Shown: positions 50,640 to 61,599 of the stretch, piece by piece
Position numbering within the stretch: the first letter of the stretch is position 1
How the letters are laid out: each line of letters begins with the position of its first letter
NCBI GenBank assembly: GCA_964291285.2
Contig: OZ219786.1
Span: 1,152,001 to 1,216,000, forward strand
Reading direction: 5' to 3'
Length of the DNA: 64,000 nucleotides
Origin: Alphaproteobacteria bacterium
GTDB taxonomy: Bacteria > Pseudomonadota > Alphaproteobacteria > Bin95
Made by a program: the position numbers and the translations under genes
Notes under the pieces: model-generated
Databases searched by the model: none
What the model was told of the DNA's origin: nothing
What the model saw: only the letters and a program-made list of their open reading frames with translations

Positions 50640-52335
50640 CCTAAATCCGGCATTTGAGGATGGCGTGGCCTTGGCGAATCCCTTGTAGTCTGCGGGTATG
50701 AGCGGCTTTTCAGGGGCCGAAGAGGCTCACCCTGTGGGTGACTGTCCTGGCGCTGTGCGGGATGTCGCCCGAGCGTTCGTGAAGGTGGACACCTTCGGCG
50801 GCGCGGTTCATGTGGAATGGGACCCTGATGCGGCGGTGACGCCGCTGGGCCATCTGGCGTTTTTCGCGGAGTATCTGAAGGTGAGCGGTCGCTTTGACGC
50901 TTTGGTTGCGGACTGCCCGCTGCGGTACACGAGCCCGAACGCGCCGTCGAAGCGGGATGTCCTGGGGACGGTTCTTCTGTCGGTTCTGGCGGGGCAGTCT
51001 CGCTATGCGCACATCACGTCGCTGCGCGGCGACGGGGTGAACCCTGCGCTGTTGGGAATGGACAAGGTTGCGAGCGAGGATTCGGTGCGGCGCGGTCTGG
51101 AGCGGATCGGTGCGGAGGCCGGCACATCGTGGCTTCAGGGCCATCTGGACGAGGTGGTCCGTCCGCTGCTGAGGGAGCCGTGGGTTCTGGACTGCGACAC
51201 GACGATCAAGGCGCTTTACGGTCGTCAGGAGGGGGCGGTTGTGAGCTACAACCCGAAGAAGCCGGGCCGCCCCTCGCATGCCTGCCATGCGTTCCTGATG
51301 GCGGGCACGCGGCTTGTTCTTGATGTCGAGGTGGCGCCGGGCAACCATCACCATTCGAGGCGCGCGGCGCCGTCCTTGTGGGCGTTGCTCGACCGTCTCG
51401 GTCGGGATCGCTGGCCGCGTCTGGTGCGGGGCGACAAGGACTGGGGCAGCGAGGCCAACATGGCGTCGTGCGAGGCTGCGGGTCTGGGCTATCTGTTCAA
51501 GCTGCGCCTGACGAAGGGGGCGCGCCGGCTTGCCGAGCGTCTGATGGCGCGGGACGGCTGGGAGGATGCGGGCCAGGGCTGGTCGGGGATCGGGGCCGAT
51601 CTGCGTCTGCAGGGCTGGAGCCGGACGCGCCGGGTTGTGGTGCTGCGCCGGCGGCTTCCTGCGACGCTGACGCTGACGCGTGGCGACAAGGCCCAGGGCG
51701 AGCTGTTCTGGACCGAGGCGCAGCCCGGCACCGGGGTGTGGGAGTTCGCGGTGCTGGCGACCTCGCTGGACCTGGAGATACGCTCGCTGGCCCAGCTCTA
51801 CCGCGACCGGGCGGACGCGGAGAACGGCTTCGACGAGTTGAAGAACCAGTGGGGCTGGGGCGGCTTCACCACGCGCGACCTGACGCGCTGCCGGCACATG
51901 GCCCGGCTGGTCGCGCTCATCTACAACTGGTGGAGCCTGTTCGTGCGCCTCGCCGACCCCGACCATCACCGCGAGGCGGTCACCAGCCGGCCGCTGCTCC
52001 TGCACGGGGTTGCCCGCCAGACCCACCACGCCGGCCAGACCCGGCTGACGGTGACCTCCCATCACGGGCGTCGCAAGACGGTGATGGCGGCGCTGCGCCG
52101 GATCGCCGGCTTCTTCCGGTCGCTGACGCAAACTGCGGAGCAGTTGAGCGCCGGGGATCGCTGGCGCCGCATCCTCGCCGAGGCGCTCAGGAAATACCTC
52201 CATGGCCGCGAACCGGGGCGTCAACCCTGGCTGCCGCCACCCAGGGCCGCGACCGCGTGCTGAAATCCACGCCCAAATCCGACCGTTCACACCGCCCCGA
52301 GACACCGATCAAGCCCGTCAAATGCCGGATTTAGG
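50640..52335 (+). mobile_element. IS1380-family insertion sequence
   Basis: TIR CCTAAATCCGGCATTTGA at both ends; 5-bp TSD GTTAG (50635-50639 and 52336-52340). Confidence 0.9.
50698..52263 (+). CDS. IS1380-family transposase
   Basis: LDCDTT...YGRQEG, RGD, and YRDRADAENGFDELK. Confidence 0.88.
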   Translation: MSGFSGAEEAHPVGDCPGAVRDVARAFVKVDTFGGAVHVEWDPDAAVTPLGHLAFFAEYLKVSGRFDALVADCPLRYTSPNAPSKRDVLGTVLLSVLAGQSRYAHITSLRGDGVNPALLGMDKVASEDSVRRGLERIGAEAGTSWLQGHLDEVVRPLLREPWVLDCDTTIKALYGRQEGAVVSYNPKKPGRPSHACHAFLMAGTRLVLDVEVAPGNHHHSRRAAPSLWALLDRLGRDRWPRLVRGDKDWGSEANMASCEAAGLGYLFKLRLTKGARRLAERLMARDGWEDAGQGWSGIGADLRLQGWSRTRRVVVLRRRLPATLTLTRGDKAQGELFWTEAQPGTGVWEFAVLATSLDLEIRSLAQLYRDRADAENGFDELKNQWGWGGFTTRDLTRCRHMARLVALIYNWWSLFVRLADPDHHREAVTSRPLLLHGVARQTHHAGQTRLTVTSHHGRRKTVMAALRRIAGFFRSLTQTAEQLSAGDRWRRILAEALRKYLHGREPGRQPWLPPPRAATAC

Positions 52336-54193
52336 GTTAGCCTTTTCGTGGTGGTCTGTGGAGGGCCTTGCGGACCTTGAGCGTCTGCGTGTGGTGCTCG
52401 ACACGCTTCCCGACGAGGAGGTTGTGGCGGCGCTTGAGGCGGGTCGCGGTCGCGGGCGGAACGACTATCCGGTACGGGCGATGTGGCGTGCGTTGATCGC
52501 GGGGATCGTGTTCCAGCATGCCTCGATGCAGTCGCTGCTGCGTGAGTTGGGCCGCAACCCGGCATTGCTTGAGATTTGCGGTTTCGAGGCGCTGCCCTTG
52601 CAGGGTGCGCCGGTGGTGGCGCTTTGCGCGGGGCGGGTGGTGAGGTATCCGGCGCCGTTGCGCTCGACGGTGCCGGGCGCCTGGAACTTCTCGCGCTTTC
52701 TGGGGCGCGTGGTGCGCCTTGAGGACGAGCGCGGCCTTGTGTCGGGGATGATCGGGCGCCTGCGCGCGTCGTTGTTCGAGGAACTGCCTGACTTCGGGCG
52801 CCATCTCGGGTATGACGGCAAGGCGGTGGCGAGCCACTCGACGGGCCGGATTGCCGGTGACAGGGGGAAGACCTCGGACCCCGATGCGGACTGGGGCAAG
52901 CACGAGACGGGCGGGGTGAACGCGAAGACCGGCGCGGTGTGGAAGAAGGTGAAGTCGTGGTTCGGCTACGGGCTTCACCTGATCGCCGACACGGACTACG
53001 AGGTTCCTGTGGCCTTCGAGGTGACGCGGGCGTCGGCGTCCGAGCCCGGGGCGCTGTCCGGGATGGTGGAGGAGTTGTTCGCCGAGGCGCCGGAGATGGC
53101 CGGGCGCTGCGCCACCTTCAGCGCCGACCGCGGTCTCGACAACGCCCGCCTGAAGGCGCGGCTGTGGGACAGGTGGCATATCCGCCCGCTGATCGACACG
53201 CGCCTGATGTGGCGGGTCGAGAAGAAGGAGCCGGGCCATGACCCGGCCCGGCCGATCACGCGACCGCTGTTCCCCGGGCGCGCCGACGTCATCGTTCATG
53301 ACGAACGCGGCCGGGTGTCCTGCGTGTGCCCGCAGACCGGCGAGGTCCGCGCCATGGCCTTCCAGGGGTTCGAGGCCGGGCGCGGCGTCTGCGGCACGCT
53401 CAAATACCGCTGCCCCGCAGCCGCCTTCGGCTTCGAGTGCAAGGGACGCCGGGCCTGCCATCGGGCGGGTGGGGTGAAGTCCGGCGAATACGGCCGCATC
53501 CTGCGCGTCGACCTCGACAGCCATGACCGGCGTATCTTCACGCCCACGCCCTGGGGCAGCCCGTCGTGGCGGCGCGGATACAACCGGCGCACCGCCATGG
53601 AGCGGATCAACGCCCGCCTCGACCGCAGCTTCAACTTCGAGACCCATTACATCCGCGGCCGCGCGAAGATGAAGACACGCCTCGGCATGGCGCTCGCGGT
53701 CATGATGGCCATGGCGCTTGCCCAGGCCCGCGCCGGACGCGTCGCACGCATGCGCTCCCTGGTCGGCCCGGCGCCATACCTCGATACCGGCTGACCCCTC
53801 AGCCGACTGCCGACAACGCTGACCCAACCCGCCGGACCCCGGCATACGGACACCCGCGACCGAAGGCCGGCGATGCTGCCGGGCTGGGCCGCTCAAGTTC
53901 GAAAATCAACCGCGGCGACCGCCTCGAACGCCGGAACAAACAACATCAACACCCGGACCCAACGTCCCATCCGACCGGAAAAACACCACAGCGCAAATTT
54001 CTCAATCGAGGCTCAAGGACTACCATGAACCGAATCCGTGCTACAGTGTCAAATCTCCTCGAAAACCTATTCGTCGGCTCGACCCCGACAGCAAGCCGGA
54101 ACCAGGGGGTGAGCAGTTACCCCGGATTGAGGAAGCATGCAGCCTGCACATGGAAGCCGCACGAAACCGCAGCCACCCGACGGGGGTGCCCAG

Positions 54194-54463
54194 ATGCGAA
54201 AAGCTGTCATCATGGCGGTGGCTCTTGCCAGCTTACTTGCCGCCTGCCAGGAAGAGGACGAATGGACCGGCCATGTCTATCCTGATCGCCATAACTTGAT
54301 GGTCGACCGCCGATTGCCGGGAGCGTACACCAGCTTGGAAGGCTGTCGTGACGCGGCCCTTCACATGATCAAGATAAATGATTGGACGAAAGCTGACTAT
54401 GAGTGTGGCCTCAATTGTCGGCCATCAGGGAGCCTCAACATTTGTGAGGAAACGCGGCAATGA
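54194..54463 (+). CDS. Small hypothetical lipoprotein (Cys-rich C-terminus)
   Basis: Signal peptide with lipobox LAA-C; W...VYPD and DYECGLNC. Confidence 0.6.
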   Translation: MRKAVIMAVALASLLAACQEEDEWTGHVYPDRHNLMVDRRLPGAYTSLEGCRDAALHMIKINDWTKADYECGLNCRPSGSLNICEETRQ

Positions 54464-54649
54464 CTCCCCCTCACCCGGTTCAATGCCCTCCTGACGGCGA
54501 TGGTGATCATGGGCTTGCTAACAGATCGTCGAAGATTCGCTCAGGATTCCTCCGCCGGCTGTAACTGCTCATCCCCTTTGGGGGGCTGATGGGTCGTCGT
54601 GCAACGCGATCCTGTCCGCGGCCTTTCCGGCGAGCGCGATCTGGATGGA

Positions 54650-55416
54650 TTAGGCCGTGGACTCATAAGCGCGTAGCCAGAGCCTTACAGTAGCGATCTT
54701 GATCATGGCGAGGAAGTTGGCCGCGAGCTTTTCGTATCGGGTGGCGATGCGGCGGAACTGCTTGAGTTTGTTGAAGGCGCGTTCGATCCGGTTTCGCAAT
54801 TTATACAAGGGTTTGGAGAAAGCGTGCCTGGTCTTCGCGCCTTCGCGGTCGGGGATGATCGGGACGGCATCGTGTTGCTCGATCAGGTCACGGATCCATT
54901 TGGCGTCATAGGCCTTGTCGGCGATGAGGAAACTGTCGGGCGGCAGGGTCACCAGCATGGCACCGGCGGCCGTGGTGTCGTGCGCCTGGCCGGGGCTGAG
55001 GTCATAGCGGACCGGCAGGCCGCTCACGTCCGACACGGCGTGGATCTTCGTGGTCAGTCCGCCACGGGAACGGCCCATGCAACGATCCGGACCCCCTTTT
55101 TTGATCCCGCCGCATGCTGGTGAACCCGGACGCTCGAACTGTCGATCATCTGCACATTGCCGTCGTGAGCCTCCACCACCGCATCCATCAACTGATCCCG
55201 GATGCCCTTCTTGCGCCAGCGGTTGAACCGGTTGTAGCAGGTCGTATAAGGCCCGTAGTGCTCCGGCAGGTCTCGCCACGGCGCCCCCGCGCGAAGCACC
55301 CACAGAATGCCGTTCAACACCCGCCGGTCGTCAACCCGCGGCACCCCACGGGTCTTGTTCGGCAGCAACGGCTTGATCACCCGCCATTCGAAGTCCGTCA
55401 GATCGTACCGGCCCAT
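54650..55416 (-). CDS. IS427-type transposase, two ORFs joined by a -1 frameshift
   Basis: orfA RYDLTDFEW...GAPWRDLP..YG; orfB GRSRGGLTTKIH, ADKAYD and RRIATRYEK; slippery AAAAAAGGGGG at 55092-55102. Confidence 0.88.
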
Positions 55417-55489
55417 GTCCTCGCTCCCGGAAGTTGGGAGCTTGAATCACAGCTTCGCTGAAGAAGAAACCCCTTATGGGTACACGACC
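54653..55489 (-). mobile_element. IS5-family (IS427 group) insertion sequence
   Basis: TIRs GGCCGTGGACTCATAAG and (revcomp) GGTCGTGTACCCATAAG; TA on both flanks. Confidence 0.88.
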
Positions 55490-56350
55490 TAGTCACCTGG
55501 CACTGAAGTAGAGTTCATTGTAGGATGGTCTTTCGGGTCGGACAAAGGAGGTCATCTCGATGGGGCGCGGTACGGGACAGCCGCTGGCGGCCTTGGTCTT
55601 GAGCGATGAGGAACGGTCGTTTCTGGAAGCGCAGGTTCGGCGTCACCGTGTGGCGCGCTCGCTGTCGGATCGCTGCCGCATGATCCTGCGTTGCGCTGAC
55701 GGGCTGGGCAACAAGGCGGTAGCCGCAGAACTCGGCATGCACGAGCACACCGTCGGCAAGTGGCGCAGGCGTTTCGTCAAGAACCGCATCGAGGGGCTTT
55801 CGGACGAGCCCCGTCCGGGGCGCCCGCGGAGCATCGCGGACGAGAAAGTGGCGGAAGTGATCGAGCGCACGCTCACCTCGACGCCTGCGGACGCGACCCA
55901 CTGGTCGCTGCGCTCGATGGCGAAGGAGGCGGGGCTGTCACACACGTCGATCTGGCGCCTCTGGGGCGCGTTCGGCCTGCAGCCGCACCGGGCTGAGACG
56001 TTCAAGCTGTCGGCCGATCCGCACTTCGTGGACAAGGTCCGCGACATTGTCGGCCTCTACCTCTCGCCGCCGGACCGCGCGCTGGTGCTCTGCGTCGACG
56101 AAAAGAGCCGGATCCAGGCCCTCGACCGCACCCAGCCGGTCCTGCCGATGCTGCCCGGCATCCCTGAGCGGCGCACCCACGATTACAAGCGCAACGGCAC
56201 GACCTCGCTGTTCGCGGCGCTCGACATCGCCACCGGTGCGGTGATCGCCAAGTGCTATCGCCGCCACCGGGCCAGGGAGTTCCTCGACTTCCTTTGTCCG
56301 ACCCGAAAGACCATCCTACAATGAACTCTACTTCAGTGCCAGGTGACTAG
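55489..56350 (+). mobile_element. IS630-derived fold-back element with two copies of the left end
   Basis: 61-bp perfect inverted repeat 55489-55549 / 56290-56350 with CTAG ends. Confidence 0.85.
55560..56324 (+). pseudogene. IS630-family transposase, truncated after ..EFLDFL
   Basis: HTH, THWSLR, CVDEKS and HDYKRNGT; the later DDE motifs (DN...H, P..N..E) are absent. Confidence 0.88.
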
Positions 56351-56469
56351 TATCGATTCCCCGCCTTCCACCATATCCTCTATGCTGCCTGGGAGAATTG
56401 CTCCCGGTAGCGCTTGCCGTTGTGGCAAAGCCCGCCAGGCTTGACGCGTTGGGGGAAGGGGAATTGACG

Positions 56470-56700
56470 ATGGGCGAAGCAACGCTGGCGGGCTTCGATC
56501 CGGTCTGGCCGGTTCTGGCCGTATCGGTGACGATACTGATCGCAATCGTCATCGGCCTTGTGAGGTTCGACCGCCTGGCTTCACGGCAGCCGGTGCAGGC
56601 AGACAGCCCGGCGGTCCCGACCGAATTCGGCAGCAAGCTTTCGGCGACGACCCCGGCAAAGACCTCCCCTGCAACCAGGCGCGGACCACCGCCCCGGTGA
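56470..56700 (+). CDS. Small hypothetical membrane protein
   Basis: Single hydrophobic helix PVLAVSVTILIAIVIGLV; purine-rich RBS. Confidence 0.35.
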   Translation: MGEATLAGFDPVWPVLAVSVTILIAIVIGLVRFDRLASRQPVQADSPAVPTEFGSKLSATTPAKTSPATRRGPPPR

Positions 56701-56869
56701 CCGCTGCGACGCTCCGGCGGCATCACCCGCGCGCGGCCCGCGCCGCCGGCCTTTCCGCCCCCGGCCCATCGCCTGTTCCATCAAGGCCCGGCAACAAGCC
56801 CCCGTTCGCGCCGGCGCGCCTGTTCACGCCGCCTGTGGGTCCCTGTCCCCGTCCGTATAGAATGGTGTC

Positions 56870-59800
56870 ATGGTCGCGACGGTGACGGACATCGGGTCGG
56901 CAAGCTCGACGGTCCACTATTTCGAGCAGGACGGCTACTACGCGAAGGGGGACCCGGAGCACCGCCGGGCGAGCTTCTGGCACGGCGAGGCGGCGCGGGC
57001 GCTGGGCCTGGGCCGGCATGTCTCGCCGAAGAAGTTCCATGCGATCCTCCAGGGCTGCGTGCCGGGCACGGATATCCGGCTGGGCCGCCTGCGCGACGGC
57101 GAGCACCAGCACCGTCCGGGGGTGGACATCACGCTTTCGGCGCCGAAGTCGGTATCGCTGGCGGCGCTGCTGCACGGCGACAGGCGGGTGGTCCGCGCGC
57201 ATGACGAGGCGGTGCGCGCGGCGCTGGACCGGGTGGAGGCGGAGCTTCTGCAGACGCGGGGCTGGGACCCGGAGACCCGCAGGCGCCCGCGTGTGAAGGC
57301 GCACGGCATGGCGGCGGCGACCTTCCGGCACCTTGCGAGCCGCAATCTGGACCCGCAGCTGCACACGCACTGCGTGGTGGCGAACATGACCCGGAACGGT
57401 GCCGGGGAGTGGCGGAGCATCGAGGCGACGGCGATCCGCCGCCACAAGAAGCTGATCGGGGCGCATTACCGCAACGAGCTGGCGCGGCGGCTGGAGGCGC
57501 TCGGCTACGGGATCGTGCCGGTGATGATCGGGCCGGTGCCGGGCTTCGAGCTGGAGGGCTACGACCGGGAGGTGCGCGAGGCGTTCTCGACCCGGCGGCG
57601 GGACATCCTGGAGGACATCAGGCGGCGGGGCGGGGCCTACAGCGCGGCGCGGGCGCAGCAGGCGGCGCTCTACACGCGCCGTCGCAAGGCAGAGCCTGCC
57701 ATGGACGAGCTGCGGCGGATATGGCGGCGCCGCGCCAGGGAGGCGGGCCTGCCGTCCCGCGAGGCGGCGGCGCGGACGAGGCGCGGGCGGCGCGCGGAGA
57801 GGCAGGCGGAGGCGCGCCCCGTCCTGCCGGTCCATGAAGCGGTCTGGCGGGCGGTGGCGCATCTTGAGGAGCGGTCTTCGGTGTTCGCGGCCGGCGACAT
57901 CGCGGCGCATGCGCTCGGCCAGGCGCCGGGGCGGTATTCGCTGCGCGAGGCCGAGGCGGCGGTGGAGGAACTGCGGCGCGACGGGCATCTCGTTGCGGCG
58001 GCGTTGCGCGGCGCTGACCGGGCGTTCGTCACCGAGCGGGCGCTCCGGGCGGAGCGCGGCAATATCGCCTGGATGAGAGAGGGCGCCGGGGCGGGGGCGC
58101 CGGCGGCGGACGGGGCGGCGGTGGAGAGGGAGCTTGCCGCCGGTCCGCTGACGGAGGGCCAGCGCGAGGCGGTGCGCACGATCCTGCTCGCGCGGGACCG
58201 GGTGGTGGGCGTGCAGGGCCATGCGGGCACGGGCAAGACGGCCATGCTGCGCGAGACGGCGCGGCTTGCCGGAGAGCGCAAGGTGGTGGGGCTGGCGCCG
58301 TCGATGGCGGCGGTGCGGGCGCTGGAGCGGGAGGCGGGCATTCCGGCGCGGACGCTGCAATGGTTCCTCGCGCGCCACCGGGACATCGGCGACCGGATCG
58401 CAAGTCCGGAGCGGCTGGCGGAGGCGCGGCTCGCGTTCGGCGGCGCGGTGCTGGCGGTGGACGAGGCTTCGATGGTGAGTTCGGCGCAGATGCGCCAGCT
58501 GATGCGGATATCGGAGCGGATCGGCATCGCGCGCCTGGCGCTGGTCGGCGACACCGGGCAGCTGCGTTCGGTGGAGGCCGGGCAGCCGTTCCGGCAGTTG
58601 CAGCGGGCGGGCATGGCGACGGCGCGCATGGACGAGGTGCTGCGCCAGCGCGACCCCGACCTGCGCGAGGCGGTAACGGCCATCCGGGAGGGCGAGCCGG
58701 CCGAGGCCGTGGAGCAGCTCGGCGGCAATGTCCACGAGGCTGAGTCGGACGAGCTCGGCGAGGCGGCGGCCCGGCTCTGGCTCTCGCTGCACCCGGAGGC
58801 GCGCGCCCGCACGGCCATCCTGGCGCCGACGCATGCGCTTCGGGAGGACATCAACGAGGCGGTGCGCGAGGGGCTGCGCGACGAAGGCCTGCTGCACGGG
58901 CGGGTGCTGGAGATCGAGCGGCTGGTCGGCCTCGGGCTGACGCGCGCACAGAAGGCGGATGTCGCCAACTACCGCCCCGGCGACGTGCTGGTGTTCCACA
59001 ACGACCTCTACCGGTTCCGGGTGAAGGCGGACGACGCCTGCACGGTGACGGGAGCGCAGGACGGCCGGGTGCTGCTGCACCATCCCGACGGGCGCCCGCG
59101 CCGGATCGATCCGTCGAAGCCGGTCCGCTACCGCTACGAGGCTTACGAGACCAGGCCGATCCGCCTCCAGGCCGGTGACCGCATCCGCTGGACGCGCAAC
59201 GACCGGAAGCGCGGCCTCGTCAATGGCAGCGAGGCGGAGGTGCTCGCCATCGGCTCCCGGCTGGTAAAGATCGGCACCGGGGACGGCCGCACCCTGTCCA
59301 TGCGCAGGGAGGACCCGCAGCTGCGCCATGTGGACCATGCCTGGAGCGCGACCCTGCATGCGGCGCAGGGCACGACCCGCGACAATGCGATCGTGGTGCT
59401 GGACTCCGGCCATGGCCTGCCCGTGGACCGGGCGGCATTCCATGTCGGGATCAGCCGGGCGCGGGACAATGCGGTGGTGCTGACCGACAACCGCGAGGAC
59501 CTTGTCGAGGCGTTGGAGGCGCATGCGGGCACGGCCATGACGGCGCTGGAGGCGGTGGGCGAGGAGATCGCCCCGCCGGCGCCCCTGCCGATCCCGGCGC
59601 GCGAGGCGCTGTGGCCGGACCTCTCGGCCTGGCGCGCGCTGGAGGAAGAGGCGCGCCGGCAGGGCACCATCCCGTTCTACGTGGAGGGATGTGCGGACGC
59701 GGTCGAACGGCTCGCGGAACTGGGCCGGACCCCCGGCGTGGCGGCGGGCGTCGCGGCCGAGGCGGAACGGGTTGCCGGGGCGCATGCGGCGGCGGGCGAG

Positions 59801-61204
59801 GCGCGCGCGGCCCTCGACCGGCTGCATGAGGCGCTGGAGGCCGGGATCGACGGGCGGGCGGGGCTGACCGGCAGGACCGGCGACCGCGCGCCCGAATACG
59901 ACGATTGGCGCAAGGCGGCCGGGCGGCTGCTGTCCGCGGCGGACGGGATCGACGCGCAGGAAGAACGCCGGCGCCCGCATCTCGACGCCCGCCCGGCGGT
60001 GCGCGACGGGATCGCGGAGGCAAGGGAGGTATTGCGGGGCATTCTCGACGCGGACGCGGCCGTCCTCCCGGTGCTGGGCGAGTGGAAGGATCTGGAACGG
60101 CGCGCGCAGGAGGCCGGCAGGCACTGGTACCGGGAGCACGGCCGCGCCCATGTGCTCGGCCGCATGGCGGATCTGCCGCAACTGCCGCACATGGACGCCG
60201 CCCTGCGCGGGGGCATGGCCACCATCGTGGCGGAGGGCCGCGGCATCGCCGCCGCCGGGGAAAGGTTCGGACCGCTCGCCGCGAAGCTGCGGGACTGCGT
60301 CGAGAAGCGCGAGCGCCTGATCGGGGAGACCGGGGAGGACAGGGCGGTCTATTCCGTGCTTCCCCGGCTGGAGGCCTGGCGGGAGGAGGCCGGCGGGCTG
60401 CTGGCGGAGGCGCGCGGCCTTCTGGAGGCGGACGGCTCGTTCGCCCATGCCGGCGCCCTGCCCGAGCTGCGCGACGGCATTGCCCGCGACCGCAAGTCGC
60501 TGGAACGCGCGGTGGCGCTCGACGGGCGCCATGCCGCCTGCCTGCTGGAGAGGCTGGAGATCGTGGAGCGCGAGACCGATACGCCCCTCTTCTACCGCGA
60601 GGGCAATGACGCGGTCGTCCAGAGCATGCGGGAGTTGGCGGCCGAGCCCGACCTCGACGCCGAGGCGCGCGCCCTGCTGGAGCAGGCGGTCGCGGAGCAT
60701 GAGGCGGCGGCGGCGGCGGAGGCGGAGATGCTGCGCCTCTTGCGGGACCTCGGCGCCTGCCTGGCCCTGCGCGCGCGGCTGTCGGAGCGGGCGGCGGCGC
60801 GGCGCGAGAGCCCGGTCGACGACGAGGCCGCCTACCGGCCCTGGTCGGAGGAGGGGGAACGGCTCTGCCGGACGGCCGACCGTATCCTCGCGGAGGAGCG
60901 GTATGCGTCCCACCTTGACCGCTTCCCGGAGGCCCGCGGCATCATCGAACGGGACAGCAGGAGGCTCGGCCAGGCGCTGGAGACCGACGCGGCCTGGACT
61001 GCGTTCGCGCCCCGGCTCGAGAACTCCCGCCTGAACGTCCCGGAGCTGAGGCAGGTGGTCGAGGAGGCGAAGCGGATGCTGGACCGGCCCGAACTCGACC
61101 CCGGCGCCCGCCGGAAGCTCGAGATCCATGTCCGCGTCCGCGACCCGTCCCGCCACCGGGGCCTCTACCATGATATCGGCCCGGGCGGCGGCATCTCGAT
61201 GTAA
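56870..61204 (+). CDS. MOBF (TrwC/TraI-type) relaxase-helicase with long C-terminal extension
   Basis: YFEQDGYY, DITLSAPKSVS, HDEAV, HUH motif RH..SR..DPQLHTH, FSTRR; helicase GHAGTGKT, DEASM and HAAQG.T. Confidence 0.93.
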   Translation: MVATVTDIGSASSTVHYFEQDGYYAKGDPEHRRASFWHGEAARALGLGRHVSPKKFHAILQGCVPGTDIRLGRLRDGEHQHRPGVDITLSAPKSVSLAALLHGDRRVVRAHDEAVRAALDRVEAELLQTRGWDPETRRRPRVKAHGMAAATFRHLASRNLDPQLHTHCVVANMTRNGAGEWRSIEATAIRRHKKLIGAHYRNELARRLEALGYGIVPVMIGPVPGFELEGYDREVREAFSTRRRDILEDIRRRGGAYSAARAQQAALYTRRRKAEPAMDELRRIWRRRAREAGLPSREAAARTRRGRRAERQAEARPVLPVHEAVWRAVAHLEERSSVFAAGDIAAHALGQAPGRYSLREAEAAVEELRRDGHLVAAALRGADRAFVTERALRAERGNIAWMREGAGAGAPAADGAAVERELAAGPLTEGQREAVRTILLARDRVVGVQGHAGTGKTAMLRETARLAGERKVVGLAPSMAAVRALEREAGIPARTLQWFLARHRDIGDRIASPERLAEARLAFGGAVLAVDEASMVSSAQMRQLMRISERIGIARLALVGDTGQLRSVEAGQPFRQLQRAGMATARMDEVLRQRDPDLREAVTAIREGEPAEAVEQLGGNVHEAESDELGEAAARLWLSLHPEARARTAILAPTHALREDINEAVREGLRDEGLLHGRVLEIERLVGLGLTRAQKADVANYRPGDVLVFHNDLYRFRVKADDACTVTGAQDGRVLLHHPDGRPRRIDPSKPVRYRYEAYETRPIRLQAGDRIRWTRNDRKRGLVNGSEAEVLAIGSRLVKIGTGDGRTLSMRREDPQLRHVDHAWSATLHAAQGTTRDNAIVVLDSGHGLPVDRAAFHVGISRARDNAVVLTDNREDLVEALEAHAGTAMTALEAVGEEIAPPAPLPIPAREALWPDLSAWRALEEEARRQGTIPFYVEGCADAVERLAELGRTPGVAAGVAAEAERVAGAHAAAGEARAALDRLHEALEAGIDGRAGLTGRTGDRAPEYDDWRKAAGRLLSAADGIDAQEERRRPHLDARPAVRDGIAEAREVLRGILDADAAVLPVLGEWKDLERRAQEAGRHWYREHGRAHVLGRMADLPQLPHMDAALRGGMATIVAEGRGIAAAGERFGPLAAKLRDCVEKRERLIGETGEDRAVYSVLPRLEAWREEAGGLLAEARGLLEADGSFAHAGALPELRDGIARDRKSLERAVALDGRHAACLLERLEIVERETDTPLFYREGNDAVVQSMRELAAEPDLDAEARALLEQAVAEHEAAAAAEAEMLRLLRDLGACLALRARLSERAAARRESPVDDEAAYRPWSEEGERLCRTADRILAEERYASHLDRFPEARGIIERDSRRLGQALETDAAWTAFAPRLENSRLNVPELRQVVEEAKRMLDRPELDPGARRKLEIHVRVRDPSRHRGLYHDIGPGGGISM

Positions 61205-61512
61205 GGCGCGGTGGCGGCCCGCCTTCCCGGCACAGTGCCGGGCGGGCCCCGGGCTTCCCCGAAGGCGTCCGGCAGCAGGCGGCGCACGCGCTCTTCCCGG
61301 CCGGTCGGGGCCGGCCGCCGGCCCGCATCCGATGACGAAGGGCGAGGCGTTCATGCCCGCCCCGGCCCCGTTTCGCCGCCCTGGCGAGCGGACAGGGCAG
61401 GTCGAGCGGTAACCCGGTAACCGGATCGGCGAAGCCGACGCGGTTCTCAGCCGGCGCCGTTTCCGCCCCTCCGTCCGCGACCCCGGGGGAACGCCCGCCG
61501 GCGGTTCCCGGT

Positions 61513-61599
61513 GCGGCGGCCCGGAGCGCCGGCCGCCGGGGCAGCCGAAACGGCGGCGGCCCGGAGCGCCGGCCGCCGGGGCAGCCGAAACGGCGGCGG
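61513..61599 (+). repeat. 40-bp tandem direct repeat (2 copies plus partial)
   Basis: GCGGCGGCCCGGAGCGCCGGCCGCCGGGGCAGCCGAAACG at 61513 and 61553. Confidence 0.9.

Larger units (their letters stand above)
50615..53794 (+). pseudogene. IS5/IS1182-like DDE transposase interrupted near its start by IS1380
   Basis: Removing IS1380 gives MMATAEKLAFSWWSVEG...; SDPDADWG, WFGYGLHL, ADRGLD and R...ERINA; probable right end ...TCGAGGCTC at ~54014. Confidence 0.75.

Noticed and set aside
52202-52340. Start of the 530-aa ORF as a real gene start
   Set aside because: Lies within IS1380; the true start is 50615, before the insertion
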